Origin: Felis catus
Taxonomy: Eukaryota
Direction: 5' to 3'
DNA length: 64,000 bases
Assembly: GCF_018350175.1 (NCBI RefSeq)
Contig: NC_058368.1
Coordinates: 4,278,001-4,342,000 of the forward strand
Positions 61,881-64,000 of this stretch are shown here, in pieces; positions within the stretch are counted from its first letter, which is position 1; each line of letters opens with the position of its first letter. Under the pieces are notes generated by a model that was not told the origin of the DNA, did no database searches, and was given only the letters and a program-made list of their open reading frames with translations. Made by a program: the position numbers and the translations under genes.

Positions 61881-63821
61881 CAGTGAGGACGAGGGCCCAA
61901 CGTACTAAGATAGAGCCTTTGACTCCCCCAGACGGTCAGGTGGCCCTGCCACCTCGGGGCTCTGCTGGCAAACACAACAACAACCAGGACGTGCCGACAG
62001 GCAGCTGAGCCCTCCAGATCTGAGAACGAGGGAAAAGGCCGGTCTGCGTCCGTTCTAAAAAACCCATCATAACAGTAAATGGCTGTCTTTCGTGAAATCA
62101 TCACATGTGTCAAACGCAGCTCCGTCTGATGAGGAATTACAGTACAAAGGCTGGCCTGGCAGTTTGAAAAGCCTGAAGTGAATTTTATGAGATCAGAACT
62201 CTAATTCCAGATCTGGCTCTCCCAAGCCTAGGGCAACCGCACTGCTCACCTTGTGCACTTTGAAGTTTTTCTCTGCTACAAGGCTGTGGTTACCCACACC
62301 TTTCTCTAAAGGTGGATTCCCACTATCTCCGATCAGTTCCTGGGAAAATCAGAACATCAGCCAGAAAGTGAAATTCCTTTCTTCCTTTGAACTGAGAAAA
62401 CCCGATGCCCCCCCACCCCCACCCCCAGCTCGGTTAATATCTGTCTCTGGTCAAACGGGAGGTTCTGTCTACGGGGCTGCTGACTGGACGGGTGCAGAGG
62501 GTCTGAGCTTCCTGCTGGACAGACGCCGATCCAGCCGGAGCCCCACATACACGGCGTGTTTACAAACTGGTTTCTTTTCACTTTATCGTCAGACGGAATA
62601 ATTCCATTTGCAACCACGCTTCTGGGTCACAAAACATTTTGCCTTTTGAAGCTCCACGTCTTCCTTAAACAAACACACCCACATATTAAACGTACACACA
62701 CCCTCTTCAAAAATCAGTGCGTTTACAAAAGGGAGGTCTTAGCCTTGAGAACGCAGGTGCTCTCTTCCCTTCCAGCTCTTTCTTCCAAAAAGCTCTCAGC
62801 TATTTCAGAGGCCATGTTGAGTAAACAGCCAAACAAGCCAGAGATTAGGGATTCTGTTTCCTTGGCTCCCATTCCAGGCTTGCCATTTACCTCTATTACT
62901 GCAACGATGTCATAATCCTGGAGCCACTAAATTCTAAGTCTGCTTCCAGGACATGCTTCCCTCCTTCATCCCTGTTACGCTGTGCAAGGAGACAGGGTTG
63001 CTGCCAACGAGTGTGTGGTGAAGTGCCAAAACCTGCTGGGCGTTCTCACTCGACAAATCTTATTTGGCTACGCGCAAGCCAGTTGATATCCCACCGACTC
63101 TGGTTAGCACACGTCACCTTTCGCCACTGTCCCTGGGGGGGGGGGGGGGATCTCACTCTGAGACCTCAACGGTACCTTCCTTGAGCATCAGTGTATTTGT
63201 GCCCAACATTACAAAAGAACGAACGGGAAAACTCAGTGGAAGAGGCACACAACCACTTCTCAAGCCAAAGCTTCCTGGTAGGACCTGAAAAATCAGTGGA
63301 AGAGACTACCGGTCCTTCCGAGACCCGTCCGGGCGCCCGAACCGGAGTCGCACCCCCACCAGGTGCTACGCTGTGACCTCGGGCAGTAAACTTGGGGAGC
63401 ACCACAGGACTGCTCAGTGCGTGAAGCGGGGGCGGGGGGAGACACAGGACAGTGTGCTCAGCACAGCACCTGGCACGTCAAAATCTCCCCACCGATGTTT
63501 CTAGCAAGTAGTTACGGGTATAGTTACGGTTTTCGTTCTCATTCCTGTGGTTGCTGCCACTGCTACTCTCTCCAGTCCACTCAACTCCAACAGTGTAAAA
63601 GCAGGAGAAATTAGTCTGAACTGGTTAATGTCCAACATAAAGCACTACTTATCTTAGGAAAATCAGCATGTGAGGCTCCTGCAGCCTTTTAATGACATTC
63701 CTATCCTAACGTGAAAAAGCACGTGCATCAGAAGGAAGACCCAGGGGAATGGGGTGCTAGAATTCCAATTATTTTGAGGGTGTGATTTAAGACTTCAAGG
63801 ATTTTTTTAAAGCTCTTTTAA

Positions 63822-64000
63822 AATGTTTTTTAAGGTTTATTTATTTTTCAGAGAGAGAGAGAGAGAGAGGGAATGAGAGGGGGAGGGGCAGAGAGAGAGG
63901 GAGACACAGAATCCAAAACAGCTCCAGGCTCCGAGCTGTCAGCACAGAGCCCGACGCGGGGCTCCAACTCACAAACTGTGAGATCATGACCTGAGCTGAC
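63822..64000 (-). mobile_element. Can-SINE, cut by the window edge
   Basis: T-rich tail, (GA)n, ...gagatcatgacctgagctga. Confidence 0.93.

Overview
Mammalian genomic DNA, almost certainly a felid (dense tRNA-derived carnivore SINEs with felid-type heads; synteny with human 13q12). The window holds the 3' ends of two convergent genes. TNFRSF19/TROY (+ strand) has coding exons at 1527-1629 and 2204-2609 and a terminal exon/3'UTR from about 6819 to 9790. MIPEP (- strand) has its last coding exon at 51402-51499, its poly(A) signal at 51254-51259, and its last intron running off the right edge. The ~41 kb between them is intergenic, with many Can-SINEs (several nested or inverted), old L1/L2/MIR/CR1 fragments, MLT2/ERVL LTRs, Tigger2a/MER45/MER5 DNA transposons, microsatellites and several orphan CpG-rich patches. 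I see no evidence for a new multi-gene system. The most notable signal is an apparently remodelled TROY C-terminus: the acceptor of the terminal 'EA*' exon reads GG instead of AG, a strong in-frame AG 30 nt downstream would give a new 19-aa tail that keeps SLQE, and the unspliced isoform has an extended tail. Also notable are a 32-nt templated insertion inside a SINE and a few small template-switch-like structures. Comparisons with human or mouse and repeat family names are from memory, not computed alignments; repeat boundaries are approximate.
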